Below are positions 51,823 through 61,441 of a DNA stretch of 64,000 nt, in pieces. The stretch comes from Synechococcus sp. BS301-5m-G53 (GTDB lineage Bacteria > Cyanobacteriota > Cyanobacteriia > PCC-6307 > Cyanobiaceae): assembly GCA_016779825.1 (NCBI GenBank), contig JADHMX010000001.1, positions 143 to 64,142 of the forward strand, read 5' to 3'. Position 1 is the first letter of the stretch. Each line of letters begins with the position of its first letter. The translations under genes were made by a program, and so were the position numbers. The notes beneath the pieces are model-generated. The model was given only the letters and a program-made list of their open reading frames with translations. It did no database searches and was not told the origin of the DNA.

Positions 51823-52425
51823 GTGATGACCACAAGCCTTGCCGACCCCAAAGCTTTCCAGACCTCCCTGGATCGGGATCAGCAGGCGTTGCAGCGTGCG
51901 GGCCTGAGGCCCGTCCCTCCGGTCTCCGATCCACCACCGCTACATCTGGTGGCCCCCGAAGGGCAGCTGCAGGTGCACACGGCGCCCTATCGCGGCAGTT
52001 TTGCGAGTGTGCTCAGTCAGGCGATGCGTGCTGCCGGGCTGGGCAGCCGCGTGCTGATCAGTCAATTCCTTAAAGGGGGCGTACAGCAGGGGCCCGCCGG
52101 TCGTGTTCAGCTCTGCGGCGGACTGGTCTGGCTGCGGCCCGAGGTGCCCCTCTGCCTCTCCTCCCCGGATCATCCCGGCGGTGCCGAGGCTGTGGCTGCT
52201 GTTTGGTCCATCTGCCGTCAGCATCTGATTCAGGGGGATCTCGATCAGCTGGTGCTGGATGAAATTGGCCTCGCCGTGGCCTTGGGGTACCTGGATGAAG
52301 CTGACGTGATTGCAGCCCTTGAGCAGCGCCCCGCTTCGATGGATGTGATCATCACTGGACCTGCGATCCCCCCCGGTGTGGTGGAGATGGCAGATCAAGT
52401 CACGGAGTTGCGCCGAGGTTTCTGA
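51823..52425 (+). CDS. Cob(I)alamin adenosyltransferase CobO/BtuR-like protein
   Basis: EGQLQVHT, RVLISQFLKGG, DQLVLDEI, MDVIITG, EMADQVTE. The canonical GxGKGKT P-loop is absent. Confidence 0.8.
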   Translation: MMTTSLADPKAFQTSLDRDQQALQRAGLRPVPPVSDPPPLHLVAPEGQLQVHTAPYRGSFASVLSQAMRAAGLGSRVLISQFLKGGVQQGPAGRVQLCGGLVWLRPEVPLCLSSPDHPGGAEAVAAVWSICRQHLIQGDLDQLVLDEIGLAVALGYLDEADVIAALEQRPASMDVIITGPAIPPGVVEMADQVTELRRGF

Positions 52426-53018
52426 TGCTCAAGTGCGATCGCTGGATCACCGAACAGGCCGGGCAGGGAATGATCGAGCCGTTCCAGAGCGGTTTGGTCC
52501 GTCATCTGGATCCGGAGCAGAAGCTGCGTCCGGTGCTCAGCTTCGGATGCTCCTCCTATGGCTACGACCTGCGCCTGTCTCCCCAGGAATTTCTGATCTT
52601 CCGGCATGTTCCTGGCACGGTGATGAATCCCAAGCGGTTCAACCCGGCCAACCTCGAGCCCACCCCCCTCCACGAGGATGAGGACGGTCGCTACTTCATC
52701 CTTCCGGCCCACTCCTATGGCCTTGGTGTGGCGCTGGAGAAGCTGCGGGTTCCCCCCAACATCACCGTGATCTGTCTGGGCAAGAGCACCTATGCCCGCC
52801 TTGGAATCATCGTGAACACCACCCCGGCAGAAGCCAGCTGGGAGGGCCACCTCACCCTTGAATTCAGCAACAGCTCCGGTGCTGACTGCCGGATCTATGC
52901 CGATGAAGGCATTTGTCAGTTGCTGTTTTTTGAGGGTGATCCCTGCTCAACCACCTACAGCGATCGACAGGGCAAGTACCAGCACCAGCCGGAGCGGGTG
53001 ACGCTGGCCAAGGTTTAG
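52425..53018 (+). CDS. dcd: dCTP deaminase
   Basis: SFGCSSYGYDLRL, GKSTYARLG, PAEASWEGHLTLE, YA.EGICQLLF, GKYQ.Q. Confidence 0.96.
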   Translation: MLKCDRWITEQAGQGMIEPFQSGLVRHLDPEQKLRPVLSFGCSSYGYDLRLSPQEFLIFRHVPGTVMNPKRFNPANLEPTPLHEDEDGRYFILPAHSYGLGVALEKLRVPPNITVICLGKSTYARLGIIVNTTPAEASWEGHLTLEFSNSSGADCRIYADEGICQLLFFEGDPCSTTYSDRQGKYQHQPERVTLAKV

Positions 53019-53029
53019 ATCTCCCTCGC

Positions 53030-53752
53030 TTAAGGGGCCAGGCGCGCCCGGTGCAGCCTGCTTTTTTCGTACCAAGCTGCGAATTCAGGGGCCCACTCGA
53101 CCATGTGGGGCCACATCAAATCGCACAGCTGGCGGATCTCCAGCTGTGCATCGAGCTTGGCCCGCAGATCCATGAAGTGCAGGAACGCCCGCAGACTGAA
53201 GCTCACCACAAAATGTTGGCGGTAGTCGAAGGGAAGGATGCCCCTGGCATGCTCTTCGGAGAAGCCGGCCCTGAGCAGATCTCGGTAGCGCTCGGCGGCA
53301 CTTCGGCACAGGTCGAGATCCTGGTTGCGTAGTGCTTCGGTGTAGGCGTATTTCTTGCCCTGCCTGTCGCTGTACTCGCCGACAGGCCGCAGATAGAACA
53401 CCTCTTCAAGGTCCAGGGCTGCATCCGCTGCACGGCAGATGCGTTCGCCCGTATAGCGCATCGATTGCACGTCGAAGCTGACGCCAACGCGATGGGTGCG
53501 GGCCTGCTGCATCACCGAGTGTGGGAACCAGCCCACGTTCAGCACGATCTGTGCATGCTCCATTGGGCCGTAGTGGCCGCGCTCTCCCGACAGCAGACGT
53601 TTGACGCAGATCTCTCCAGCCCGTTGTTCATCCGGCCAATTGGCACGGTCTCCAGCCACAAACCCTTCGCTGTAGTCCTGATGCATCGCGGCGTAGACGC
53701 ATTGCTGCGGGTTCGGCGTAGCTGCGATCAGATCGACCCGAAAGCGGTCCAT
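53030..53752 (-). CDS. thyX: FAD-dependent thymidylate synthase
   Basis: GHYGPMEH, QARTHRVGVSFDVQSMRY, EHARGILP, AQLEIR. ATG at 53752. Confidence 0.96.
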   Translation of the reverse strand: MDRFRVDLIAATPNPQQCVYAAMHQDYSEGFVAGDRANWPDEQRAGEICVKRLLSGERGHYGPMEHAQIVLNVGWFPHSVMQQARTHRVGVSFDVQSMRYTGERICRAADAALDLEEVFYLRPVGEYSDRQGKKYAYTEALRNQDLDLCRSAAERYRDLLRAGFSEEHARGILPFDYRQHFVVSFSLRAFLHFMDLRAKLDAQLEIRQLCDLMWPHMVEWAPEFAAWYEKSRLHRARLAP

Positions 53753-53796
53753 GGGAGCGTCAAAGTGACGAGTTGTGGTGATCATGGCGAGGCGTG

Positions 53797-54372
53797 TCAA
53801 CCATGGCTGCGGGGTCCGGCCGTGGGTTGGCTCGTGGCTCCTGCCAATGCACCGTCAGTCGAGGAGGGCGGCGCCAGTCGGCTGATGTTGCCGACGCCAG
53901 GCAAAGCTGGCAACGGCTGATCTTCAAGCAGAGCTGCAGTCAGCAGCTGCAGCTCTTCAGCGCTGCGCAGACCAAGGGATCGGCCCCTGGGCTCCCCTTC
54001 GGCATTGAAAAGATTCAACTGGGGGATGCCGTTGACGTCGTAGCGATCAACCAGATCTTGCCAACGGGGATTGTCGACGTTCACAAGCACTACATCGAGT
54101 CGATCCCGCGAGGCCTTCTCCAGTTCCAGCATCGATGGCGCCATCTCTCTGCACACCTGACACCAGTCGGCGTAGAACTCGATCAGCGTGGGACGTCCGT
54201 TGGTCAATGCTGTCTGTGGGTCGATGGATCGTCTCGCCAGCTGTTCCATCGGGCTTTCGCTTTGGATGCCGCCGCGCAGCAGGACCAGGCCAAGGGCTAG
54301 AGCAATTGCAATCGCTACCAGCACCCATCGCTGTGCCGTGCCCAGGGGCGAAGACTCAGGTGTCCCTGTCAT
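53797..54372 (-). CDS. txlA: Membrane-anchored thioredoxin-like protein (TxlA/HCF164 type)
   Basis: N-terminal TM, EFYADWCQVC, NVDNPRW, Y.V.GIP. Confidence 0.85.
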   Translation of the reverse strand: MTGTPESSPLGTAQRWVLVAIAIALALGLVLLRGGIQSESPMEQLARRSIDPQTALTNGRPTLIEFYADWCQVCREMAPSMLELEKASRDRLDVVLVNVDNPRWQDLVDRYDVNGIPQLNLFNAEGEPRGRSLGLRSAEELQLLTAALLEDQPLPALPGVGNISRLAPPSSTDGALAGATSQPTAGPRSHG

Positions 54373-54435
54373 CGCGCTTCAATCGAAGCCATCACTCTGG
54401 CAGCTCTGCAGAAAGCCCGCGGCTAGCTTGCGTCC

Positions 54436-54939
54436 ATGCCAATCCTGCGACTGCTGAGCCTTCCGGTTCGGGCGCCGTTGCTGACGGTGCTGTTCTTCGT
54501 TGCGGTTGTGCTCGGCAACCATTGGCAGATTGTTCAGCCCTCGTTCACCTCTCTCTACGGGGTGAGTTCGGCCTGGTTCTGGTGCCTTGTGCTGCTTCAG
54601 GCCCAGGTGGTTGTCGTGTTCTGCACGATGCCGGATCTGCTGCTGAGACAGGTGTCGATGCTGATGGCGTCCAGCCGGGTGATGACGTTGGTGGTCACGC
54701 TGCTGGTGGTGATCACAGGAGGCATCTACCTGCTGAAGCTCAATGTGCTCACCGACGTGTTGATCCTGGCTTCAGCGTTGCTTTTGGCCAGGCTCGATCT
54801 CATTCGCATCGGCGTTCTGCCCGCTGCTGGGATTGGATTGCTGCTGATGAGTGTTGTCGTGATCGGTGGGATCGTCGCTGGCACGGTCCTGCCGCACCCC
54901 ACGGCCAGCCTCTTCGCATACGGGTTGAGCACCAGCTGA
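54436..54939 (+). CDS. Hypothetical membrane protein
   Basis: About five hydrophobic segments; fills the gap between txlA and the transglycosylase. Confidence 0.65.
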   Translation: MPILRLLSLPVRAPLLTVLFFVAVVLGNHWQIVQPSFTSLYGVSSAWFWCLVLLQAQVVVVFCTMPDLLLRQVSMLMASSRVMTLVVTLLVVITGGIYLLKLNVLTDVLILASALLLARLDLIRIGVLPAAGIGLLLMSVVVIGGIVAGTVLPHPTASLFAYGLSTS

Positions 54940-56919
54940 GTAGCTGAGCAGGTTGTCGAGGACTTTTTTGGTGTAAAAGCGTGTTTCCGGGTAGGGGATG
55001 CGTTCCACCCAGAGTGCTGCGTCTTCACCGTCCGTGGGCTGCGGCCACGAGGCAACGGCACCCGGTCCGGCGTTGTAGCTCGCAATGCTGCGGAAGGGGT
55101 CGTTCTCCCATCGCTTCAGCAATTGGTTGAGGTAACGCGCTCCCAGCCGAATGTTGTCGGCGGGATCCTTCAGCATCAGCGCGCTGGTCGGCGCGCCAGC
55201 CATTTCGGTGGCTGTGGAGGGCAGCAGTTGCATCACGCCAACGGCCCCGGCAGGGGAGACGACCCCAGGTGCAAAGCGTGACTCCTGTTTGGCAATCGCT
55301 CGCAGCAGATTGGCTTGAAGGCCTTCTCCTTCAGCAGCTGTTTGCATCTCAGCCTCGAAGAGGCGGGGAAACTGGCTGCGATGAAGCAGGCTCTGTTGTT
55401 GGCAGTTGGGATCACGCCAGCGCAGGCTGAGCCACCAGAGCTGATCCAGTGCCATCCAGGTGTCCCCAATGGCCAGGCGCAGCCTGCCCTCCGCCAGACG
55501 CTCCTCGGGTGGGGGCTTGATCAAAGGATCCCTCTGGGCCTGCCAAACCTCCCAGGCGGCATTGACCTGTCCCAGGCGCCAAAGCTCGTTCACCAGGGCG
55601 TTGTGGCTGTTGAGGGGGTGCCAGGTTTGGGGATCCTGCTGCGGGTCGTGGTTGCGTAGATCAAGGGGTTTGGCGATTCCCAGACGATCCATGGCGCGCC
55701 ATCGGTAATAGCCCGCGGGGAAGGCAGCGATCAGCCGGCGCCAGGTGCGTTCCGCCTCTTCTGAATCTCCGAGCTGCTGGTGGCTGAGCCCGAGCCAGAA
55801 GAGCCTGCGCGCCTCCAAGGGAGGAGGCAGAGGCCCATCCTCATCGCGGCGTTCCAGCAGGTGGCGGGCACGATCCCAAGCCCCAGCGACAAATGCCTCG
55901 CGGGCAAGGTCCCATTGGAGTTGCCAGATGTCGGGATCGTTGGGCCACTGGTTCAGGGCGGCTTTCGCCCCATCCCCGCCTGCCAACCGCACGCGGGCCG
56001 CGGCGACGGCAGCTGAGCGCTTTTCAACGGCATCCGGCAGGGCATCCAGCACCCCAGGCTCGGGATAGAGCGGTTCGCTCAAGATCCGCGCCGCCTCAAG
56101 GCTGGCGGGGTGCTCTGGTTGGGTTTGAGCCAGCGTCAGCAGCTGTTGTGTACCCGCGTCCGGGTTGCCAAGCAGCAGCAGGGACCGACCGATGGCCAGC
56201 TGGGTGTCTGGAGAGGCATCGAGGTCTTGGAGGCAGGCCAGGGCGGTTTCGGCATGGCCTCGTTTCGCCAATGCCTGCGCCAAAGATTGACGCTGATCGG
56301 GCTGGAGTGCTTCTGCCCCTGTGGCTTGGCAGGCGTCACGCATTAGCTCAAGGGCGCCTGGCCAGCGCGCATTCCAGCGGACCAGGTGCAGGGCTCCCTG
56401 ATGGGGTCGTAGCGGTTCGAACCCATTCCCTGCCGCCAAGGTCAGCGCTGCCGGATGCGCAGGTTGCTGCTGAAGCAGCTGCTGGTGAAGAACGGGGTTC
56501 GTCTTGCCGAGAGCCAAGCGAGCCCAGGCGGAGCCGGGCGCTGCGGGAAAGCGATCCAGCAGGAGCTGCCAAGTGAGTGCTGCCAGCGATGACTTCCCCT
56601 GAGCGGCGGCCGTCAGGGCTGTCCGTTCAAGCACCACAGCAGCGATCGGATCCCGCCCCCAGCCTTGGCCCTGGAGCAGTTCAGTCGATCCATCCCTGGC
56701 CACCATCAATAAAGCCGCTTCCCGTCGTGTCTGCGGATCGATGGACCAGCGGTAGTGCTGCCAGAGCTGCGCTTGCGAGAACTCAGGCGTCAACGGCTGG
56801 TGCGTTCTGTTCAGCAGTTGCTGCCCACCCAATGCAGCCAACCCGCTCAGACCAGCAACCGAGAGCAGCAGCAGCGTTCCGATTCGCGGCCCTGCCTGCA
56901 CACCCAACCCGGAGCTCAA
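54772..56919 (-). CDS. Soluble lytic transglycosylase (Slt domain with TPR-like N-terminus)
   Basis: AIAKQESRF, SPAGAVGVMQLLPSTA, NIRLGARYL, SYNAGPG, IPYPETRFYTKKV. Confidence 0.92.
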   Translation of the reverse strand: MSSGLGVQAGPRIGTLLLLSVAGLSGLAALGGQQLLNRTHQPLTPEFSQAQLWQHYRWSIDPQTRREAALLMVARDGSTELLQGQGWGRDPIAAVVLERTALTAAAQGKSSLAALTWQLLLDRFPAAPGSAWARLALGKTNPVLHQQLLQQQPAHPAALTLAAGNGFEPLRPHQGALHLVRWNARWPGALELMRDACQATGAEALQPDQRQSLAQALAKRGHAETALACLQDLDASPDTQLAIGRSLLLLGNPDAGTQQLLTLAQTQPEHPASLEAARILSEPLYPEPGVLDALPDAVEKRSAAVAAARVRLAGGDGAKAALNQWPNDPDIWQLQWDLAREAFVAGAWDRARHLLERRDEDGPLPPPLEARRLFWLGLSHQQLGDSEEAERTWRRLIAAFPAGYYRWRAMDRLGIAKPLDLRNHDPQQDPQTWHPLNSHNALVNELWRLGQVNAAWEVWQAQRDPLIKPPPEERLAEGRLRLAIGDTWMALDQLWWLSLRWRDPNCQQQSLLHRSQFPRLFEAEMQTAAEGEGLQANLLRAIAKQESRFAPGVVSPAGAVGVMQLLPSTATEMAGAPTSALMLKDPADNIRLGARYLNQLLKRWENDPFRSIASYNAGPGAVASWPQPTDGEDAALWVERIPYPETRFYTKKVLDNLLSYSAGAQPVCEEAGRGVRQDRASDDPTDHDNTHQQQSNPSSGQNADANEIEPGQKQR

Positions 56920-57056
56920 TCCATTCTGATGCTCTTCACCGCGATGGCGAGCGTTTCATCGACTGGGATGCCAGTGGAGGGCAGAGCTGCACCTGTCACG
57001 TTCTCGGGAACCAGCATCAGAGGCACTTCCTATGGTGCTGTCCACGATTGAGACCC

Positions 57057-58454
57057 ATGGTTCAAAAGGCCTGTTCCCCGATCGGCCCCGCTCTCGGTGA
57101 CGCTGCGCCAGGTTTTGGAACCGATGGGATCCGCGGGCTCGCTGGCACGATTCTGACGCCAGCCTTGTGTCTTCAGGTTGGCTACTGGGTTGGCCGGGTG
57201 CTACAGGCGGAAGGCCCTGTGCTGATCGGGATGGATTCCCGGACCAGCGGCACCATGGTGGTATCGGCCCTGACGGCTGGGTTGACGGCGGCCGGGCGCG
57301 ATGTCTGGACCCTGGGTTTGTGCCCTACACCGGCTGTTCCTTTGCTCATCCGCCAGCTGGGGGCCGCCGGTGGCCTGATGGTGTCCGCCAGCCACAACCC
57401 CCCTGCTGACAACGGCATCAAGGTTTTCGGCGCCGATGGCGCCAAGCTCAGTGCCCAACGTCAGGCCCAGGTGGAGGCAGGCCTCAAGGGGCAGACGTCC
57501 ATTGCTGAGCAGGGAGGAACGTTTCGCTGCGGCGTTGCACGATCAAGCGCCGACCTCCTGGATGGGTATCGGGAGGTGTTGCAGCAATCGGTGGCGGAAC
57601 GCCGACTTGACGGTGTTCCCATCGTGCTGGACCTCTGCTGGGGATCCGCCACAGCCTGTGGTGCGGACGCCTTCCGTGCCTTGGGGGCTGATCTCACCGT
57701 GCTCCATGGGGAACCCGATGGCTCCCGCATCAACGTGGCTTGCGGGTCAACCCATCTGGAACCGCTGCAGCGGGCTGTGCTCGAGCGCGGCGCGGCGATG
57801 GGCTTTGCCTTTGACGGTGATGCCGACCGGATGCTGGCGGTGGATGGCCGCGGTCGCATCATCGATGGAGACCACGTGCTCTATCTCTGGGGTTCTGTGC
57901 TGCAGGAGCAGCAGGCGCTCCCCGATCAGCGGTTGGTGGCCACTGTGATGTCGAACCTCGGCTTTGAGCGGGCTTGGCAGCAGCGCGGCGGCATCCTTGA
58001 CCGCACGCCGGTGGGAGATCAGCACGTTCATGCCGCGATGGTGGCCAGTGGCGCGGCCCTCGGTGGAGAACAATCCGGCCACATCCTTTCGGCCTCCCAT
58101 GGGCTGTGTGGCGACGGTGTACTGACCGCCGTGCAGTTGGCCACCTTGTGCCATGCCCAAGGCATCTCCCTCAGCGATTGGTTGGACCGCAGTTTCCAGG
58201 CCTATCCCCAGAAATTGGTCAATGTGCGGGTGATGGACCGTTCGCGTCGCAAGAACTGGAGCACGTGCACCCCTCTGACCGACGCCATTGCTTCAGCAGA
58301 GAAATCGATGGGCGAGACCGGTCGAATTTTGGTGCGAGCCAGTGGCACTGAGCCTGTGCTGCGGGTGATGGTGGAAGCCGAGCAGTCAGCAGCTGTTGAG
58401 CATTGGACGGGGCATCTGGCCGCCGTCGCCGAAGAGCATCTCAACGTGGCCTGA
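57057..58454 (+). CDS. glmM: Phosphoglucosamine mutase
   Basis: FGTDGIRG, SASHNP..DNGIK, FDGDADR, TVMSNLG, GGEQSGH, RASGTEP. ATG at 57057. Confidence 0.95.
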   Translation: MVQKACSPIGPALGDAAPGFGTDGIRGLAGTILTPALCLQVGYWVGRVLQAEGPVLIGMDSRTSGTMVVSALTAGLTAAGRDVWTLGLCPTPAVPLLIRQLGAAGGLMVSASHNPPADNGIKVFGADGAKLSAQRQAQVEAGLKGQTSIAEQGGTFRCGVARSSADLLDGYREVLQQSVAERRLDGVPIVLDLCWGSATACGADAFRALGADLTVLHGEPDGSRINVACGSTHLEPLQRAVLERGAAMGFAFDGDADRMLAVDGRGRIIDGDHVLYLWGSVLQEQQALPDQRLVATVMSNLGFERAWQQRGGILDRTPVGDQHVHAAMVASGAALGGEQSGHILSASHGLCGDGVLTAVQLATLCHAQGISLSDWLDRSFQAYPQKLVNVRVMDRSRRKNWSTCTPLTDAIASAEKSMGETGRILVRASGTEPVLRVMVEAEQSAAVEHWTGHLAAVAEEHLNVA

Positions 58455-59394
58455 GGGTCAAGTCCTGCGCCATCCGCAGAGCGCCATCACAGGCATCGCC
58501 CCTGGCTTCTCCCCAGCGAGCCTTAGGGATCGACTGACCGATGGCCTGCTGCACAGCCGTTCGGAACCCCGTCAGATGGGTGACGGCGCCCCCCTGGCAG
58601 ACCACCAGGGGGGCTTGCAGTGAAAGACGCTGGGCCACGGTGCTGATGCAACTGGAGAGGGATGTTGCTGATCGCTGCACAATCTCCTCCGCGCCTGAGC
58701 AGCCGTCGGTTGCTGCCTCCACCACCAGCGGAGCCAGAGCGGCGAAGTCCGCTGTGCCGAAGTCGTTGCGCACCACCCGGGCTTTGACCGCTGCGTGGCT
58801 GTCGCACCCGATCTGATTCCAGATTCGCTGGCGCAAAGGATGGTCGGGCAAGCGCCCATCGGCCATGCGCAGGGTCAATTGCAAGCCCTGGTGGCCGAGG
58901 TCAAAGGCTGAGCCAGCACCATCGAGCAGCCAGCCCCAGCCGCCACAACGGTGTTCACGGCCATCGTCGCCTCGGCCCAGCACGATCATCCCCGTGCCGC
59001 TGATCACCATGATTCCGGCACCTTCTGGGATCGCACCGCGCAAAGCGGTGCGTTCGTCTCCTGTGACCAGTGCCTTGCACAGCCCTGAGCCATCACCAAC
59101 GACCAGTGCTTGACCCACCAAACGTTCAGCGCGCTGTTGCAACGCTGTTCCGTGTTCGATGCCGCTGGCTCCGACAACGGCTGCCTGGATCACGCCATCG
59201 GGGTGATCGTTGAGGGCGTGCTGTGCGCTGGTGCGGATCGCCTCGATGAAACGTTGTTCCCCCAGGGGAGCATCCAGGTGGCTGACCCCAGGCCCTTCGC
59301 CTTCGCCAACAGGCTGATGCAAGCCGTCTTGAACGAGGCTGAGGCGGCAGCGGGTGTGCGTCTGCCCGGCATCGAATCCTGCGAGCAGCCTCAT
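58441..59394 (-). CDS. BadF/BadG/BcrA/BcrD ATPase family, N-acetylglucosamine kinase-like
   Basis: GFDAGQTHT, ISGTG, CGGWGWLLDGAGSAF. ATG at 59394 overlaps the ictB stop. Confidence 0.88.
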   Translation of the reverse strand: MRLLAGFDAGQTHTRCRLSLVQDGLHQPVGEGEGPGVSHLDAPLGEQRFIEAIRTSAQHALNDHPDGVIQAAVVGASGIEHGTALQQRAERLVGQALVVGDGSGLCKALVTGDERTALRGAIPEGAGIMVISGTGMIVLGRGDDGREHRCGGWGWLLDGAGSAFDLGHQGLQLTLRMADGRLPDHPLRQRIWNQIGCDSHAAVKARVVRNDFGTADFAALAPLVVEAATDGCSGAEEIVQRSATSLSSCISTVAQRLSLQAPLVVCQGGAVTHLTGFRTAVQQAIGQSIPKARWGEARGDACDGALRMAQDLTLRPR

Positions 59395-60704
59395 GATTCG
59401 CCGGGTCGACTCACCAGGGTGGCCAGGGCCAACCAGCCGATCAGTTGAACTTCGGGGCGGAAGAAAATTGTGTCGGTGCTGCCCTGCATCAGCAGGCCTG
59501 CGATGGCAGCAAGGCTGGCGATGGCCGCCAAGGCGCTTGGACCATCGGCATTGAGCTGCTGCAGGCCCTGCCGCAGGCTGCTTGCGAACAGCCCGAGACA
59601 GGCCAGCAGCCCGGGAACGCCGGTTTCCACCAGGATTTCCAAGGGAACGGAGTAGGCACTGAGGGCGTTGAACTTCGGTTGCTGATACAGGGGATAAATG
59701 CTGTTGAAGGCCGCATTGCCAGGACCGATGCCGAGCCAGGGCCGGTCTTGCACCATCTGGATGGCTGCCATCCAAACGTTGATGCGGAAATTGTTGGAAC
59801 TATCCCCTCGCCCCGCCAACAGGCTGGTGATGCGTGTGCGGATGGGATCGATCTGGGTGGCCGCGACGACCAGACAAGCGGCTCCAATCAGCAGCACAGC
59901 GAGGGGCACGAGACGTCTCCAGACCAGTGGCCAGTGGCGTGTCCAGCGCAGCAGCAGCAACAGCAGCATCACGGCGACGGCAGCCACCATCCCCAGCCAG
60001 CCTCCGCGGCTGTAGGTGAACAGCGTTGCTGTTCCCGCGAGCGCCAACGTGGTGGCGGCAAACAACCGGGCTCCCACACCACGCCAGCGCACCAGAGCGA
60101 TGGCTGCGAAGGGGATCAGCGGCAGCAGGTAACCCGCCAAGAGATTTGGATTCCCAAGGGGGCCATAGATCCGAATGGTGCCAGCGCTGATGGAATTGGG
60201 ATCCGCCCAGCCCGCCAGTTCCTCGCTGGAGGCATACAGCTGACGCAAGGCCAGAACACTGCTGATCAGGCCGCCACTGAGCAGACCAGCGACAAGCCGG
60301 TTCCACCATCGTTCGTTGCTCAGCAGCAGTTTGCAGAGCAAGGCGTAGACACCCAGGTAGCTGAGCAGTTTGATCAGCCCCTTGCTGGCTGCAATCGGAA
60401 CCGGTGAAAAACCTGTTGCCAGCGCCGCGATGGCGAGAAAGAGCATCAGCCACAGCGAGATGGCACCGATGCGGCGTGGTGGACTGCAGAGGCACCAGAG
60501 CAGCCACAAGGTTCCGCAGGCTGCAATCAGCAGGGCCAGTCCCGTGCGTGTGAACAGGGGAAGACCTGAAAACAACAACAGCAGGAGCAGCCCGGCCAGT
60601 TGTTCCAGTCGTTTCAGCACCGCCGGATCCGGTGCCATCAGCCCCTGCCAGCGGGCTAACAGTGGAACGCCACTCGCCGCCTGGGTTGCATCCGCAGAGG
60701 CCAT
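59391..60704 (-). CDS. ictB: IctB family O-antigen ligase-like membrane protein
   Basis: RIYGPLGNPNLLAGYL, TYSRGGWLG, DSSNNFRINVW, GIGPGN.AFN.IYPLYQ, ALSAYS. Confidence 0.95.
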   Translation of the reverse strand: MASADATQAASGVPLLARWQGLMAPDPAVLKRLEQLAGLLLLLLFSGLPLFTRTGLALLIAACGTLWLLWCLCSPPRRIGAISLWLMLFLAIAALATGFSPVPIAASKGLIKLLSYLGVYALLCKLLLSNERWWNRLVAGLLSGGLISSVLALRQLYASSEELAGWADPNSISAGTIRIYGPLGNPNLLAGYLLPLIPFAAIALVRWRGVGARLFAATTLALAGTATLFTYSRGGWLGMVAAVAVMLLLLLLRWTRHWPLVWRRLVPLAVLLIGAACLVVAATQIDPIRTRITSLLAGRGDSSNNFRINVWMAAIQMVQDRPWLGIGPGNAAFNSIYPLYQQPKFNALSAYSVPLEILVETGVPGLLACLGLFASSLRQGLQQLNADGPSALAAIASLAAIAGLLMQGSTDTIFFRPEVQLIGWLALATLVSRPGES

Positions 60705-60712
60705 CGTCGGGC

Positions 60713-61417
60713 TCAGGTGGTGAGTGCTTCCGCCGGATTATCGATCTCTTGCCAACGCTCTTCCAGATCTGACACGGAAGGAAGTGGACTTTGGTTCCTC
60801 CGGTAGAGAACCCGGTAGACGGGGAGGTTTTGCTCGAGCACGTAGCGCTCCCGTTCGGTGGGCACCGCAAGCGGGTTGCTGGCCCGCCAGGGACGTTGAT
60901 CCTCTGATGGGCGGTCAAAACAGGCGCTGAGTTCGGTGAGCGCCACCATCGGCTCAATCACGTCGAGAACATCGCTTTGCAGAAACAGCTCCCGTCCAGG
61001 GCGGAGGGCCGTTGCGATGGCCAGGAGCAGCGCCGGTTGCAGGACCCGGCGCTTGCGGTGGCGCCGCTTGAACCAGGGATCGGGAAACTGAATGGAGACC
61101 CGTTGCAGCCGGTCTGGTTCCAGGGCCTTCATCCAGCCTTCCAGGCTGATGTTGGCGTTGCAGAAGAGGATCCGAACGTTGCCGTGCTGCGATGCGATTG
61201 CGTCGCGATCGGCGGAGGTCACCAGGGGCCGGCGGATTTCAACCCCGAGGTGGTTCCAGTGGGGATCACGCTCGGCCAGGCCCAGCAGGCAACGCCCACG
61301 AGCGCAGCCGATATCGAGGTGGATCGGCTGATCAGGAACGCGGAACAGCTGCTCGGGTGGTGGGAGTTCCAGCGGGAGCTGGAAGAAGCTGCTCAGGGGA
61401 TTGACGTGCTGACGCAA
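60713..61417 (-). CDS. trmB: tRNA (guanine-N7)-methyltransferase
   Basis: [38 protein letters not shown]. Confidence 0.96.
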   Translation of the reverse strand: MRQHVNPLSSFFQLPLELPPPEQLFRVPDQPIHLDIGCARGRCLLGLAERDPHWNHLGVEIRRPLVTSADRDAIASQHGNVRILFCNANISLEGWMKALEPDRLQRVSIQFPDPWFKRRHRKRRVLQPALLLAIATALRPGRELFLQSDVLDVIEPMVALTELSACFDRPSEDQRPWRASNPLAVPTERERYVLEQNLPVYRVLYRRNQSPLPSVSDLEERWQEIDNPAEALTT

Positions 61418-61441
61418 GGTTCCGAGGCGGTGCGATCCGGT

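Noticed and set aside
56577-57056. Apparent 160-aa N-terminal extension of GlmM
   Set aside because: Overlaps the divergent Slt gene; GlmM homology begins near the ATG at 57057.
59395-59775. Upstream extension of the BadF-family ORF
   Set aside because: Lies inside ictB in another frame; the ATGA overlap at 59391-59394 marks the real start.
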